From: Candidatus Omnitrophota bacterium
GTDB taxonomy: Bacteria; Omnitrophota; Gorgyraeia; JAHJTE01
NCBI GenBank assembly: GCA_018830005.1
Contig: JAHJTE010000003.1
Span: 199,674-263,673 of the forward strand
Reading direction: 5' to 3'
DNA: 64,000 bases
The position numbers and the translations under genes were made by a program. A model generated the notes under the pieces. The model did not search any database and was not told the DNA's origin. It worked only from the letters and a program-made list of their open reading frames with translations. Within the stretch, counting starts at the first letter, position 1. Every line of letters begins with the position of its first letter. Shown piece by piece: positions 37,223-46,857 of this stretch.

Positions 37223-38497
37223 TTATCCTCTCTTCTTATTGATAATTCTAGCTGGAACTCCCACTGCTACTTTGCCTTTTGGCACATTTCTCTTTTTTAC
37301 AAGTACTGAACCCGCACCTGTAACAGCAGTTTTGCCTACCTTTACAGGAGCAATTAAAACTGTATCACAACCAATAAATGCGCCATCTTCGATGTGCGTC
37401 TTATGCTTAGTTAAGCCATCAAAATTAGCGGTGACTGAACCTGCGCCAACATTGACTTTTTTTCCAATAGAACAATCACCCAGATAGCCAAAATGCTTTA
37501 TGATGGTTCCTGAGCCAACACGCGTGCGAGAAAGTTCAACGAAATTTCCCACTGTCACATTGTCATCCAAATGTACATCTTTTCTTAAGCGCGCAAAGGG
37601 TCCGATAGAACAATCCTTGCCAATCACTACCTGAGTTTCAATATATGTAAAAGGATAGATAACTGTCTCCGTACCAATCTTCACATTTGCTTCAATATAG
37701 GTATTTGCAGGATCCATGATCTTTACGCCCTCTGCCAAAAAGCCACTAACAATTCTCGAGGACATAATTCTCGCAGCCTTGGCAAGATCAGCTGCAGAAT
37801 TAATACCCAAGATTTCCTCCAGGGTCTGGGCGCTGACTACACCTACTCCTTGAGTAAGTAAGATCCCGATCGCATCCGTCAAATAATATTCATTCTTATT
37901 TTTGCGGCGCCTAATCTGACCAAGCGCACGGCCTAGGACGCCTTTCTTAAAACAATATATGCCGCTATTAATTTCTCCTATCTGTTTTTCTTCCTCGCAC
38001 AAATCTATCTCTTCTGTGATCCTCTCTACCTGACCTGTCTTGTTTCTTATAACCCTGCCGTAACCTGCCGGCGATTCAGAAACAGCGCTTAACAATGTAG
38101 CCGCTCTCAGAGAGTGCATATGTGAATCAATTAACCTCTTAATAGTAGCGACTTTAAAAAGCGCAACATCAGCATTAATAACAAATATATCTGAAGCTGC
38201 CTTAGCGACTTTAGATAAAGCAGATTTTAAGGCATCTGCTGTACCTAAAGGCTTGAGTTGAATTGCAACCTTTATTCTTTGATTCCTGGCCTCTAATTTG
38301 CGCTTTAGGAATAGAAGCTCTTTATTCAAGACAATGACTATTTCTTTAAAATCATTTACCTTCAATAAATTATCAATAACCGTATCCAGTAATGTCCTGC
38401 CGCAAAGCGGAATGAGCACCTTGGGTTTTTTGGACTTCATGCGTACGCCTTTACCAGCAGCAAGAACCACGGCACTAATACATCTGTTTTTCTTCAT
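37223..38497 (-). CDS. glmU: Bifunctional GlcNAc-1-P uridyltransferase/acetyltransferase
   Basis: LAAGKGVRMKS, GYGR, EYYLTD, hexapeptide C-terminus with NVGAG...NFDG. Confidence 0.95.
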   Translation of the reverse strand: MKKNRCISAVVLAAGKGVRMKSKKPKVLIPLCGRTLLDTVIDNLLKVNDFKEIVIVLNKELLFLKRKLEARNQRIKVAIQLKPLGTADALKSALSKVAKAASDIFVINADVALFKVATIKRLIDSHMHSLRAATLLSAVSESPAGYGRVIRNKTGQVERITEEIDLCEEEKQIGEINSGIYCFKKGVLGRALGQIRRRKNKNEYYLTDAIGILLTQGVGVVSAQTLEEILGINSAADLAKAARIMSSRIVSGFLAEGVKIMDPANTYIEANVKIGTETVIYPFTYIETQVVIGKDCSIGPFARLRKDVHLDDNVTVGNFVELSRTRVGSGTIIKHFGYLGDCSIGKKVNVGAGSVTANFDGLTKHKTHIEDGAFIGCDTVLIAPVKVGKTAVTGAGSVLVKKRNVPKGKVAVGVPARIINKKRG

Positions 38498-38629
38498 ACA
38501 AATTTGAGCTTAAATTTTAATGAGCTGACTAACCGCCTCTATTTAACAGGTGGGATTTGTTCAAAGAGACGGGGATAATTTCAGGTCATGCCCAACGAGG
38601 TTTCCTAAATTAGGGGCTCTCTCCAATTG

Positions 38630-38701
38630 CTGGGACGTCTGGACTCGAACCAGAATACCGAGACCCAAATTCTCGTGTCCTACCAATTAGACGACATCCC
38701 A
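38630..38701 (-). tRNA. tRNA-Gln(TTG)
   Basis: TGGGATG acceptor stem with U1-A72, anticodon arm CGAGA-ATTTGGG-TCTCG, GGTTCGAGTCC. Confidence 0.93.
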
Positions 38702-38718
38702 ATTAATTCGCTATTTTA

Positions 38719-39135
38719 TTAAGCTATCCTTTCGCCAGTATTCCCCTGAACTACTGACGGACCCTTAGACCTTTCAAGTTCGTAGGCATCCAAGACCTTC
38801 TTCTGAAGATATTCTCGGAAACTCTGCGTGATAGGATGGGCAATATCCCTGTGTTCTGACTCGGTTCTCGCCTGAGGAGATTGTGCCCTGCTAACGTCAG
38901 GTACCTGACCACCGCATTGATTGCAGAATTTAGCGCGAGCCTCATTTCTAAATGAACATTTTGGACACAAATACTTGATCTTCCGGGAAGGCATGGCAAT
39001 AAACAGGCCGCTGTTACCTTCAATAACTTTGATATTGCGCACAACAAATGCATTATCAAATGTTACAGTAGCATAGGCCTTTAGTTTCTTATCCGGGCTT
39101 TCCTTTAAGAATATTCTTGTTTCTGTTATCTCCAT
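38719..39135 (-). CDS. spoVG: SpoVG family protein with inserted zinc ribbon
   Basis: Start moved to ATG 39135 (AAGGAGG SD); LKAYA.VTFD..FVV, GLFIAMPSRK, DIAHPI; CPKC...CNQC insert. Confidence 0.92.
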   Translation of the reverse strand: MEITETRIFLKESPDKKLKAYATVTFDNAFVVRNIKVIEGNSGLFIAMPSRKIKYLCPKCSFRNEARAKFCNQCGGQVPDVSRAQSPQARTESEHRDIAHPITQSFREYLQKKVLDAYELERSKGPSVVQGNTGERIA

Positions 39136-39150
39136 AGTTGGTTTCGCCTC

Positions 39151-39209
39151 CTTCGACTCGCTTCGCTCGCTCAAGGCCTTTTACACAGAAGTATTGAGCG
39201 AAATCGAAG
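39151..39209. repeat. REP-like palindromic element adjoining the spoVG RBS
   Basis: CTTCGACTCGCTTCGCTCGCTCAA...TTGAGCGAAATCGAAG. Confidence 0.65.
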
Positions 39210-39276
39210 CACTCCCTTAATGAATGCCTCACCTCTTACACCAAAGCAAACAGGGCGTAAGAATCGCCTACGTGAA

Positions 39277-40245
39277 CTAGAACGTCCTAACAACAAAAGT
39301 GCGCCAATCTCTAAATTTGGCGAGCTTCTTTTTTAGGTCTTCTGCCTCCTTTCTTGAGTGTAGGATACCAAATACACTGGGGCCACTACCAGACATGCCC
39401 ACATATTTAACACCAAAAGAACGTAACATGCGCTTTATCTTGCTTATCTGGGGCGCAAAAAAGACAGCAGCCTGCTCCAGGCTGTTATGATTAGCCTGCA
39501 AATGTATACTCAAATTACTAGATCTAGCCAAGCGGGAAATCAACCTTGCTAGAGAGACCCCTTTATCTCTATTAAGCTTATCCAAAGGGCTTAACATAGT
39601 AACATTTTTTGTCTCTTTTGTCAATGTTCGCGTAGGGCTCTTATTTGGAGCTTTTCTACCCTTGGATTCTTCTGATTTTAGCCTATCAAACTGCCTATAG
39701 ACTTTCTTTGTTGATAAAAAAACATCCGGGACTACTAAAATATGCCAAAGACGCAAATCTGTCTTCAACTGCCGCAGGAGTTGGCCGCGTCCAGTAACTA
39801 AACTAAAACTGCTATTTCTCAGGAAAAATCCTACATCTGAACCAATGCAGGCAGCAATACCAGAAAGCTCAATTTTACCTAACTTCAATTTCCACAACTG
39901 GTTTAACGCCAAAATTACTGCCGCAGCATCCGAAGAACCACCGCCTAGACCAGCAGCAACAGGTATATTTTTCAAAATAGCAATATTAACACCATCTCTA
40001 ATTGAAAACCTACACTTTAATAGCTTGGCTGCCTTGTATGCGAGATTACCAGCTCCTCCCGGCACCTTAGGATGAGTGCAGGATACAGTAATCTTGCTAT
40101 CATCCCTGGGAGTAACTCTTATATTGTCAAAGAGATTAATGCGTTCGAACAAGCTCTGGATATTATGATATCCATCTCGCCGCCTACTTAAGACACGTAA
40201 GAGGAGATTCAACTTTGCCGGAGCCTTAATAGATAAAGAACGCAT
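39277..40245 (-). CDS. ispE: 4-diphosphocytidyl-2-C-methyl-D-erythritol kinase
   Basis: APAKLNL.L, DGYH, KNIPVAAGLGGGSSDAA, GSDV, MSGSGPSVF. Confidence 0.95.
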   Translation of the reverse strand: MRSLSIKAPAKLNLLLRVLSRRRDGYHNIQSLFERINLFDNIRVTPRDDSKITVSCTHPKVPGGAGNLAYKAAKLLKCRFSIRDGVNIAILKNIPVAAGLGGGSSDAAAVILALNQLWKLKLGKIELSGIAACIGSDVGFFLRNSSFSLVTGRGQLLRQLKTDLRLWHILVVPDVFLSTKKVYRQFDRLKSEESKGRKAPNKSPTRTLTKETKNVTMLSPLDKLNRDKGVSLARLISRLARSSNLSIHLQANHNSLEQAAVFFAPQISKIKRMLRSFGVKYVGMSGSGPSVFGILHSRKEAEDLKKKLAKFRDWRTFVVRTF

Positions 40246-41186
40246 TAGGAATATTTATCTAAAAGCCCTTTGGCAGATTCGACAATTCTTCCAGCAGTCA
40301 AGCCGTACTCTTCTAATAATTCTTCTGATTCTCCTGACTGACCAAAACGATTGTCTATGCCAATTCTATTTACATATATTGGTTTGTGCGCTAAAACAAC
40401 ATCATCAATTGCTGAACCCAGGCCTCCATTTATAACGTGTTCTTCACAAACCACTATACCCTTAGTTTCTTTGCAGGCGTTTATAATGACTTCTGAATCC
40501 ACAGGCCTGATTGTATGCATATTAATAACCCGCGCATCTATGCCTCCTTTGGCAAGCTCCTGACTCGCTAAGAGCGCCTGCTCAACCATAATCCCGCAGG
40601 CAATTATTGTTATATCTTTTCCCTGACGCAGGCAATAGGCCTTGCCAATTTTAAATTCAGCCTTAGATTCAATCGTAGGAGTCTTTGCTCTACCCAGGCG
40701 TATATACATTGGGCCTGGATTCTTAACAGCAGCAAATATTGCCTGAGTTGTTTCTTGCGCATCAACAGGCACTATTATAGTCATATTATCAGGGATGGCA
40801 CGCATAAGCGCGATATCTTCAATTGCATGGTGACTGCAGCCATCCGGACCAACGGTTATGCCGCCGTGAGTAGCAACTATCTTAACATCAAAGTTATTAG
40901 CACAAATTGAATTGCGCACCTGATCCCAGGCGCGGCCAGAAGCAAAGATCGCAAATGTAGAAGCAAATACAGTTTTGCCGCAACTGGCCAGGCCAGCAGC
41001 AGTCGCCATCATATTCTGTTCTGCAACGCCAAAATTAAAAAAGCGCTCCGGGAACTCCTTGGCAAACATTGCTGTTCGCGTCGAGCCAGAAAGATCAGCA
41101 TCTAAAACAACAATATTAGGATTCTCTTTCCCTAAGGCAACTAAGGCCTTGCCATATGCATCTCTTGCGTAAAGTTTTTCACCCAT
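40245..41186 (-). CDS. Transketolase, C-terminal subunit
   Basis: LDADLSGST, GVAEQNM, GPDG.SH, EEH...GGLG. Confidence 0.93.
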   Translation of the reverse strand: MGEKLYARDAYGKALVALGKENPNIVVLDADLSGSTRTAMFAKEFPERFFNFGVAEQNMMATAAGLASCGKTVFASTFAIFASGRAWDQVRNSICANNFDVKIVATHGGITVGPDGCSHHAIEDIALMRAIPDNMTIIVPVDAQETTQAIFAAVKNPGPMYIRLGRAKTPTIESKAEFKIGKAYCLRQGKDITIIACGIMVEQALLASQELAKGGIDARVINMHTIRPVDSEVIINACKETKGIVVCEEHVINGGLGSAIDDVVLAHKPIYVNRIGIDNRFGQSGESEELLEEYGLTAGRIVESAKGLLDKYS

Positions 41187-41188
41187 AA

Positions 41189-42007
41189 CTATTCTAATTC
41201 CTTAAGTGCCTTCTTCGTCTCTTCCTCGTTAGGTGCACGACCATGAAAATCTACTACATGCTCCATAAAAGAAACGCCTTTGCCTTTTACTGTCTTGGCA
41301 ATAATAACTGATGGTTTGCCTTTAATGCTGGCTGCCTCCTCAAATGCCCGCAGGATTTCTCCTATATTGTGGCCATCTATTACTATCGTATGCCAACCAA
41401 ATGCCTTCCATTTATCTGCCAAAGGCTCAATTTCCATTATCTCTGAAACCTTTCCGTCAATCTGGAATCCATTCTGATCAACAATAGCGCAGAGATTATC
41501 GCATTTATAGTGTGCGGCAGCCATTGCTGCTTCCCAGACGTTTCCCTCCTGCATCTCTCCATCGCCTAAAAGCACAAACACACGATAAGACAGTTTATCC
41601 AGGCGTGCTGCCAATGACATCCCCAAGCCAACCGACAGACCCTGACCCAAGGAACCACTCGCTACCTCTATTCCCGGCGTTCTCCTGTCAGGATGTCCTT
41701 GTAATAACGAACCGAGTTTCCGTAAGCTGCTTAGCTGGGATTTATCAAAATAACCACATTCAGCTAGTGCTGCATAAAGCACTGGACAGGCATGGCCTTT
41801 GGATAGATGAAATCTGTCTCTCTCTGGCCAAGCCGGATTAGCAGGATCTATGTTTAAGACATGGAAATACAAGACGCTTAAGATATCAGCACAAGACAAA
41901 GAACCTCCGGGATGGCCGCTTTTAGCCAGAGAAAGCATATGGATTATTGATTTGCGCAAATCTTTGGCTTTCTCTTCTAATTTTTTAATTTTATCTTTAC
42001 TAATCAT
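41189..42007 (-). CDS. Transketolase, N-terminal subunit
   Basis: SGHPGGSLS, LSKGH, LQGHP, GDGE.QEG..WEA TPP-binding motif. Confidence 0.94.
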   Translation of the reverse strand: MISKDKIKKLEEKAKDLRKSIIHMLSLAKSGHPGGSLSCADILSVLYFHVLNIDPANPAWPERDRFHLSKGHACPVLYAALAECGYFDKSQLSSLRKLGSLLQGHPDRRTPGIEVASGSLGQGLSVGLGMSLAARLDKLSYRVFVLLGDGEMQEGNVWEAAMAAAHYKCDNLCAIVDQNGFQIDGKVSEIMEIEPLADKWKAFGWHTIVIDGHNIGEILRAFEEAASIKGKPSVIIAKTVKGKGVSFMEHVVDFHGRAPNEEETKKALKELE

Positions 42008-42989
42008 TATCTATAATTAATTTCTTAAGCTTGTCTTCTATGCCTTTCTTAGTCGCCTCATCAATAGTTTTAAGTTTTATACTTCTCTGCCAAATATCCT
42101 GTGCTTTTTCAAACTCTCCCATACCTGAATAAACATCTCCCAGATGGTCGAAGATAACAGGATCCTCGAGAAGCCTGGATGCCTCTTCCAGCAATCCCTG
42201 CGCTTTTTCAAATTCTCCCTTCTTAAAATATACCCATCCCAGGCTGTCTATATATGCGGCATTGTCAGGGTGTTGCTCGAGTGCTTTATTGATCAATTCC
42301 TCTGCCTCGTTAAGATTCTTACCCATCTGGGCATACACATAACCTAAGGCATTTAAGGCATCGGGATTTTCTGGCTCAAATTCAAGAATGCCTTTAAACT
42401 CAGCTATAGCCTTTGTGCGTAAACCTTGCTCATCAAAAATAAGACCAGTAAATAATTTAGCATTAACATCCTTAGGATCAATGTCTAATATAAATTTAAA
42501 CTGCTCTAAGGCCTTGTCGTATTTTTTCTGTTGAAAGTAAAGCTGCCCAAGATATTGATGTGTTGCTAAATTCTCAGGGTCCTCCTTTGATACCTGTTTT
42601 AAGACAATCTCATATTGAATTTCTGCCAGTTGCAATTCACCTAAGGATGAATACACAAAAGCAAGTAAGGTGCGCGCCTGCAGGTTATCCGGGTTAAGCT
42701 CCAATGAGCGGTTTAATTCATCGACGGCCTTATTTTCTTGTCCCAGCTTTATGTACTCAACCGCGATTTTTAAATTAGTAGTATCAGAATCTGGATCATA
42801 GCGCTTAGACTGTTCAAATTCTGAAAGGGCCTCTTGCGTCTTATTGAGCTGGTCAAAAAGAATGCCCATCATATAATGGGCATATGCTCTAGATTTGTCT
42901 TTATCAACATCAAATGGCAGGTTACAAGGAGTAAGCCCTAGAAAAGAAAAAAGAATAACAGCTACAAACAAAAAGCGCAACAGTGACAT
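42000..42989 (-). CDS. Exported TPR-repeat protein
   Basis: Signal peptide; tandem TPRs; ALNALGY, YIDSLGWVY and DHLGDVY motifs. Confidence 0.85.
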   Translation of the reverse strand: MSLLRFLFVAVILFSFLGLTPCNLPFDVDKDKSRAYAHYMMGILFDQLNKTQEALSEFEQSKRYDPDSDTTNLKIAVEYIKLGQENKAVDELNRSLELNPDNLQARTLLAFVYSSLGELQLAEIQYEIVLKQVSKEDPENLATHQYLGQLYFQQKKYDKALEQFKFILDIDPKDVNAKLFTGLIFDEQGLRTKAIAEFKGILEFEPENPDALNALGYVYAQMGKNLNEAEELINKALEQHPDNAAYIDSLGWVYFKKGEFEKAQGLLEEASRLLEDPVIFDHLGDVYSGMGEFEKAQDIWQRSIKLKTIDEATKKGIEDKLKKLIIDND

Positions 42990-42993
42990 AAAT

Positions 42994-43083
42994 AAACCCC
43001 GTTAGAGACAAATAACACGTAGGTAATTGTCAGGCCCTTTAGAGAACTTTAAAAACGTTAAAGTTTTCCTCTAGCAGGGTAAA
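42994..43083. repeat. REP-like element with imperfect terminal inverted repeats
   Basis: AAACCCCGTTAGAG...CCTCTAGCAGGGTAAA, with inner hairpin AACTTTAA...TTAAAGTT. Confidence 0.55.
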
Positions 43084-43110
43084 TCAACCTAAGTAAATTA
43101 TTGATGCCTA

Positions 43111-43212
43111 TTAACCCCAAGCACGTTTTTTCAAGTGTCTGCGCTTACGCAGCGCCTTTTTTCTCTTGTGAGTACGGATTTTTCTTCTTTTTCTTTTTTT
43201 ACCGCAAGGCAT
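43111..43212 (-). CDS. bS22-like (AURKAIP1/COX24 domain) small ribosomal protein (not in ORF track)
   Basis: Hand translation MPCGKKRKRRKIRTHKRKKALRKRRHLKKRAWG with GAGGAG SD. Confidence 0.85.
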   Translation of the reverse strand: MPCGKKRKRRKIRTHKRKKALRKRRHLKKRAWG

Positions 43213-43269
43213 AAAATCTCCTCAAATTATTATCTGTCTTTAGCCAGAGACAGACATTGATACAAGAAT

Positions 43270-44142
43270 TTATAATATTATCTTATTAAGTGGATATTCG
43301 ACGATTCCCTCTGCACCAGCGCGCTTCAGCTTAGGGATAATCTTACGAACAATAAATTCTTCAACTATCGTCTCAACAGCCAACCAGCCAGGATTACTGA
43401 GATGAGAGACTGTGGGCTTCTTTAAAGCTGGTAAAACAGCCAAGACGCTGTTTAGATTCTTGGCATTAACGTTCATCTTAAGACCAACTTTTCCTTCAGC
43501 ACTTATTGCCCCTTCAAGAAGCATGGCAAGTTCTAAGATCTTAGCCTTCTTCCATTTATCCTTGAAGCTTTTCGGGTTGGCAATAAGTTTCGTGGTAGAT
43601 TCACATACTGTAGCAAGTATTTTTAATTTATTTGCCTTTAAGGAAGTTCCGGTTTCAGTAAGTTCCACGATTGCCTCCACCAGTCCTTGCGCTACCTTTG
43701 CCTCTGTGGCTCCCCAGCTAAATTCAACATTGGCCTTGACCTTATTTCGCTTTAGGAATTTACGGGTTACATTCACAAGTTCTGTAGCAATCTGTTTACC
43801 TTTTAGGTCTTTCACCTTTTTTATAGATGAGCCTTCCGGGACAGCGATGACCCAACGCACAGGACACATCGACTGCTTGGCATAGACTAGTTCCTTAACC
43901 CGAATAACCCGCGCATTATTTTCCTGAATCCAATCCTCACCTGTAATACCACAGTCGAGGTCTGTCTCTACATAGCGCGGCATCTCCTGAGCCCGCAGCA
44001 AGACTGGTTCGATTTCAACGTCATCGATGCTGGGAGAATAAGAACGCGCACCTACATTAATTTTAAAACCTGCCTTAAGGAACATCCTCAAAGTTGCCTC
44101 CTGTAAGCTCCCTTTCGGCAGGCCTAACTTTAGCTTCTTCAT
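43270..44142 (-). CDS. hisG: ATP phosphoribosyltransferase (long form)
   Basis: LPKGSL, GITGED, GATE, ETGTSL.AN.L, C-terminal regulatory domain (PTVS.L, LKRAGA). Confidence 0.96.
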   Translation of the reverse strand: MKKLKLGLPKGSLQEATLRMFLKAGFKINVGARSYSPSIDDVEIEPVLLRAQEMPRYVETDLDCGITGEDWIQENNARVIRVKELVYAKQSMCPVRWVIAVPEGSSIKKVKDLKGKQIATELVNVTRKFLKRNKVKANVEFSWGATEAKVAQGLVEAIVELTETGTSLKANKLKILATVCESTTKLIANPKSFKDKWKKAKILELAMLLEGAISAEGKVGLKMNVNAKNLNSVLAVLPALKKPTVSHLSNPGWLAVETIVEEFIVRKIIPKLKRAGAEGIVEYPLNKIIL

Positions 44143-44226
44143 CTAATTTTTCCTATTCCATTGTGTTAATAAAACTTATGATTTTATTATACAATCTAAA
44201 CCTAATTTTGTAAAGAGAAAATGGGC

Positions 44227-44916
44227 TCATATTCCTAAAGCCCCTCCCTTACATGCCTTAACACATACTCCGCAGATATATTGGCCGACTAAGCCGCTTT
44301 TTTGAAAACTTTGAAGTTTCTCAAAACACTTCTGATGAGAAAAATCATCTGTTTTTTCTCCTATTGCATCTACAGGACAGGCCTCTATGCAACTGCGGCA
44401 TTGGCCGCAATCTTCTTCTATTTTAGGCTTATTAGCCCTCAAGGTCATATCAGTTAATATACTTGTCAATCTAAACTGAGAGCCAAATTCCTTAGTTACC
44501 AATAAATTATTCCTGCCAATCCAGCCTAATCCTGCTAGATAGCCGATTTTTTTATGTGATATATGAGCAGTTTGCTTTTGCCAATCAATAATCTGAGAAG
44601 CAGCAATGGGCAAGGCCTGAAACCCCTTACTCTGAATAAAATTCGCCAATCTAAAACTTACCTGATCAAGAAAAACATTTGCGCTGCGGTAGTGATGAAA
44701 ATATATCTTATTAGGGCAATCTCCTATTGTATCCAAAATTGCCTTACTTAAAGATATACCTAAGCATACAGCACGCTTGAATCCATCTGGCAGGTCTTGC
44801 GCTAGCTTAATTTCCTGCCTGATACCAGTAATATCTGCAACGCCAAAAAGCCTTACCCCTAACCTTATCGCCTCATCTTTTAGACTATGGTAATTCTTTA
44901 TCGGGTCTGTAAGCAT
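44227..44916 (-). CDS. QueG/reductive-dehalogenase-like Fe-S protein (epoxyqueuosine reductase-like)
   Basis: SHK...LAGLGWIGRNNL, CGQCRSCIEACP, CGVCVKAC. Confidence 0.75.
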   Translation of the reverse strand: MLTDPIKNYHSLKDEAIRLGVRLFGVADITGIRQEIKLAQDLPDGFKRAVCLGISLSKAILDTIGDCPNKIYFHHYRSANVFLDQVSFRLANFIQSKGFQALPIAASQIIDWQKQTAHISHKKIGYLAGLGWIGRNNLLVTKEFGSQFRLTSILTDMTLRANKPKIEEDCGQCRSCIEACPVDAIGEKTDDFSHQKCFEKLQSFQKSGLVGQYICGVCVKACKGGALGI

Positions 44917-46787
44917 TTTTTATCAGGTGATTTTGTTTGTTTTTTTAGCCAGATCATCAGAAGTGAAATGCTTGCCGGCGTAACCCCAGAGATACGCAAG
45001 GCCTGCGCCATGTTAGAAGGCCTAAAGTAACCTAGCTTCTCTTTTACCTCTCGCGAGAGCCCGGAGATTTTAGAAAAATCCAACCTTGGCGGAATCTTTA
45101 TTTTTTCTAGATTCCGGAAACGCTTTATCTCTTCTATCTGGCGCTTAACGAATGGTGCATATTTAACTTCGCTGTTTATGCTCTGATAAAGATTATCCTC
45201 TATTTTGCCTTCAAAATCAAAATATTTTAGTTTTTGATAGGTAATTTCAGGCCGCCTTAATAATTCTTCTAGGCTTATGGATTTTTTCAAAGGTGTGCTT
45301 TTAATATCCTTCAATATAGAATTTATGCGTTTATCAGGCTTGATCTTTGTTTTTCTTAATCTATCCAGTTCTGCTGCGATATTTTTTTTCTTCTCCAGCA
45401 TAGACTGATAATCGCTTTCATCCACCAGACCTAACTCATAGCCAAACTTGCGCAAGCGTAAATCTGCATTGTCTTCGCGCAAAAGGAGTCGATGTTCCAC
45501 GCGTGAAGTAAACATCCTGAATGGTTCATCTGTGCCTTTACTTACCAGCTCATCAATTAACACGCCAATATAACTTATAGTCCTGCTTAAAATAAATGGC
45601 TGCCTAGCCTTGATCTTTAAACCAGCATTGATTCCAGCTATCAACCCTAAGGCCGCTGCTTCTTCATAACCAGTAGTACCATTAATTTGACCGGCAAGAT
45701 AAAGATTCTTGAAATTTTTACTCTCCAAGGTTGGGTGTAGTTGAGTCGCGCAAATAACCTCATGCTCTATACCATAACCAGGACGACTGAATTTAGCATC
45801 CTCCAATCCTCTAATCGAATGAAACATTTTAATCTGGACCTTTTCTGGCAGGCTGGTAGAAAGCCCGTTAGGATAATACTCCTCCTTATCCAGGCCTTCA
45901 GGCTCAAGGAAAATCTGATGTCGTAGGTGGTGCGGAAATTTTACAACCTTATCTTCAATAGAAGGGCAGTAGCGTACTCCGCTGGCCTTAATCTTTCCGG
46001 TAAAAAGCGGCGAGAACCTCAAGGCCTTCTTTATAATCTTGTGGGTGTCAGCGTTTGTGTGGGTAATAAAGCAAGGCAGCTGCTTCAAGCTGCTTGGTCT
46101 GCCAGCAAAAGAAAAAGGAATAGGATTAGAATCCGGCAGCTGAATCTTACATTTAGAAAAATCAATTGTCTCTTGCCTGATACGTGCACAAGTGCCTGTT
46201 TTAAATCTCTTGATCTTAAATTTAAGTTTCTTTAAATTTTCAGATAGTGATACAGAAGCGGTCTCATTCAATCTGCCGCCAGGAAAAGATTTTAATCCGA
46301 TGTGCATAAGACCATTGAGAAATGTCCCGGGTGTAATAATTACTGCCTTTGCAAATATCGCATCACCTTTTGAGGTTCGCACACCATGAGCCTTTTTATT
46401 TTTGATAATGATCTCAGTTACCTCGCAAATATGTAAGGTGATATTTTCTGTCCTGGCTATCAGATTAGTCATGTAGTCTCTATAGAGTCTTCTGTCTATC
46501 TGGCATCTGCTAGAACGAACTGCAGGTCCCTTTGACATATTAAGCATTCTGTATCCTATGGAGCAATTATCAGCAGCCTCACCCATTGCTCCGCCTAAGG
46601 CATCAACCTCCTTAACCAACTGACCTTTGCCCACACCGCCAATTGCTGGATTGCAACTCATAGCGCCTATCGTATCCTGTCTTAGAGTACAAAGGGCTGT
46701 TACACAGCCCATGCGTGCACAAGAAAGACTTGCCTCAATGCCGGCATGACCTGCGCCTACAACTATTACATCGTAATCTCTTCTCAT
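44898..46787 (-). CDS. mnmG: tRNA uridine 5-carboxymethylaminomethyl modification enzyme MnmG
   Basis: GAGHAG.EA, MSCNPAIGG, RYCPSIEDK, AGQINGTTGYEEAA, RMFTSR. Confidence 0.97.
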   Translation of the reverse strand: MRRDYDVIVVGAGHAGIEASLSCARMGCVTALCTLRQDTIGAMSCNPAIGGVGKGQLVKEVDALGGAMGEAADNCSIGYRMLNMSKGPAVRSSRCQIDRRLYRDYMTNLIARTENITLHICEVTEIIIKNKKAHGVRTSKGDAIFAKAVIITPGTFLNGLMHIGLKSFPGGRLNETASVSLSENLKKLKFKIKRFKTGTCARIRQETIDFSKCKIQLPDSNPIPFSFAGRPSSLKQLPCFITHTNADTHKIIKKALRFSPLFTGKIKASGVRYCPSIEDKVVKFPHHLRHQIFLEPEGLDKEEYYPNGLSTSLPEKVQIKMFHSIRGLEDAKFSRPGYGIEHEVICATQLHPTLESKNFKNLYLAGQINGTTGYEEAAALGLIAGINAGLKIKARQPFILSRTISYIGVLIDELVSKGTDEPFRMFTSRVEHRLLLREDNADLRLRKFGYELGLVDESDYQSMLEKKKNIAAELDRLRKTKIKPDKRINSILKDIKSTPLKKSISLEELLRRPEITYQKLKYFDFEGKIEDNLYQSINSEVKYAPFVKRQIEEIKRFRNLEKIKIPPRLDFSKISGLSREVKEKLGYFRPSNMAQALRISGVTPASISLLMIWLKKQTKSPDKKCLQTR

Positions 46788-46857
46788 ATCAAAATATCTT
46801 AAGGTTTGAAACAGGAAAGCGCAAAACGAAAATTAAAAACTTATAATAATGGCGGGT

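Noticed and set aside
38520-38625. glmS ribozyme or 6S RNA upstream of glmU
   Set aside because: The glmS core (AGCGCC...GACGAGG) is absent on the coding strand, and the spacer is too short for a typical 6S RNA.
38660-38675. Unusual A32/G38 anticodon loop suggesting a Pro or frameshift tRNA
   Set aside because: The loop has 7 nt with TTG centred, and the U1-A72 acceptor pair and position beside glmU/prs fit an ordinary tRNA-Gln.
39136-39174. N-terminal extension MSERSESKEAKPT of SpoVG
   Set aside because: It is a translation of the REP-like palindrome; the SD-supported start is 39135.
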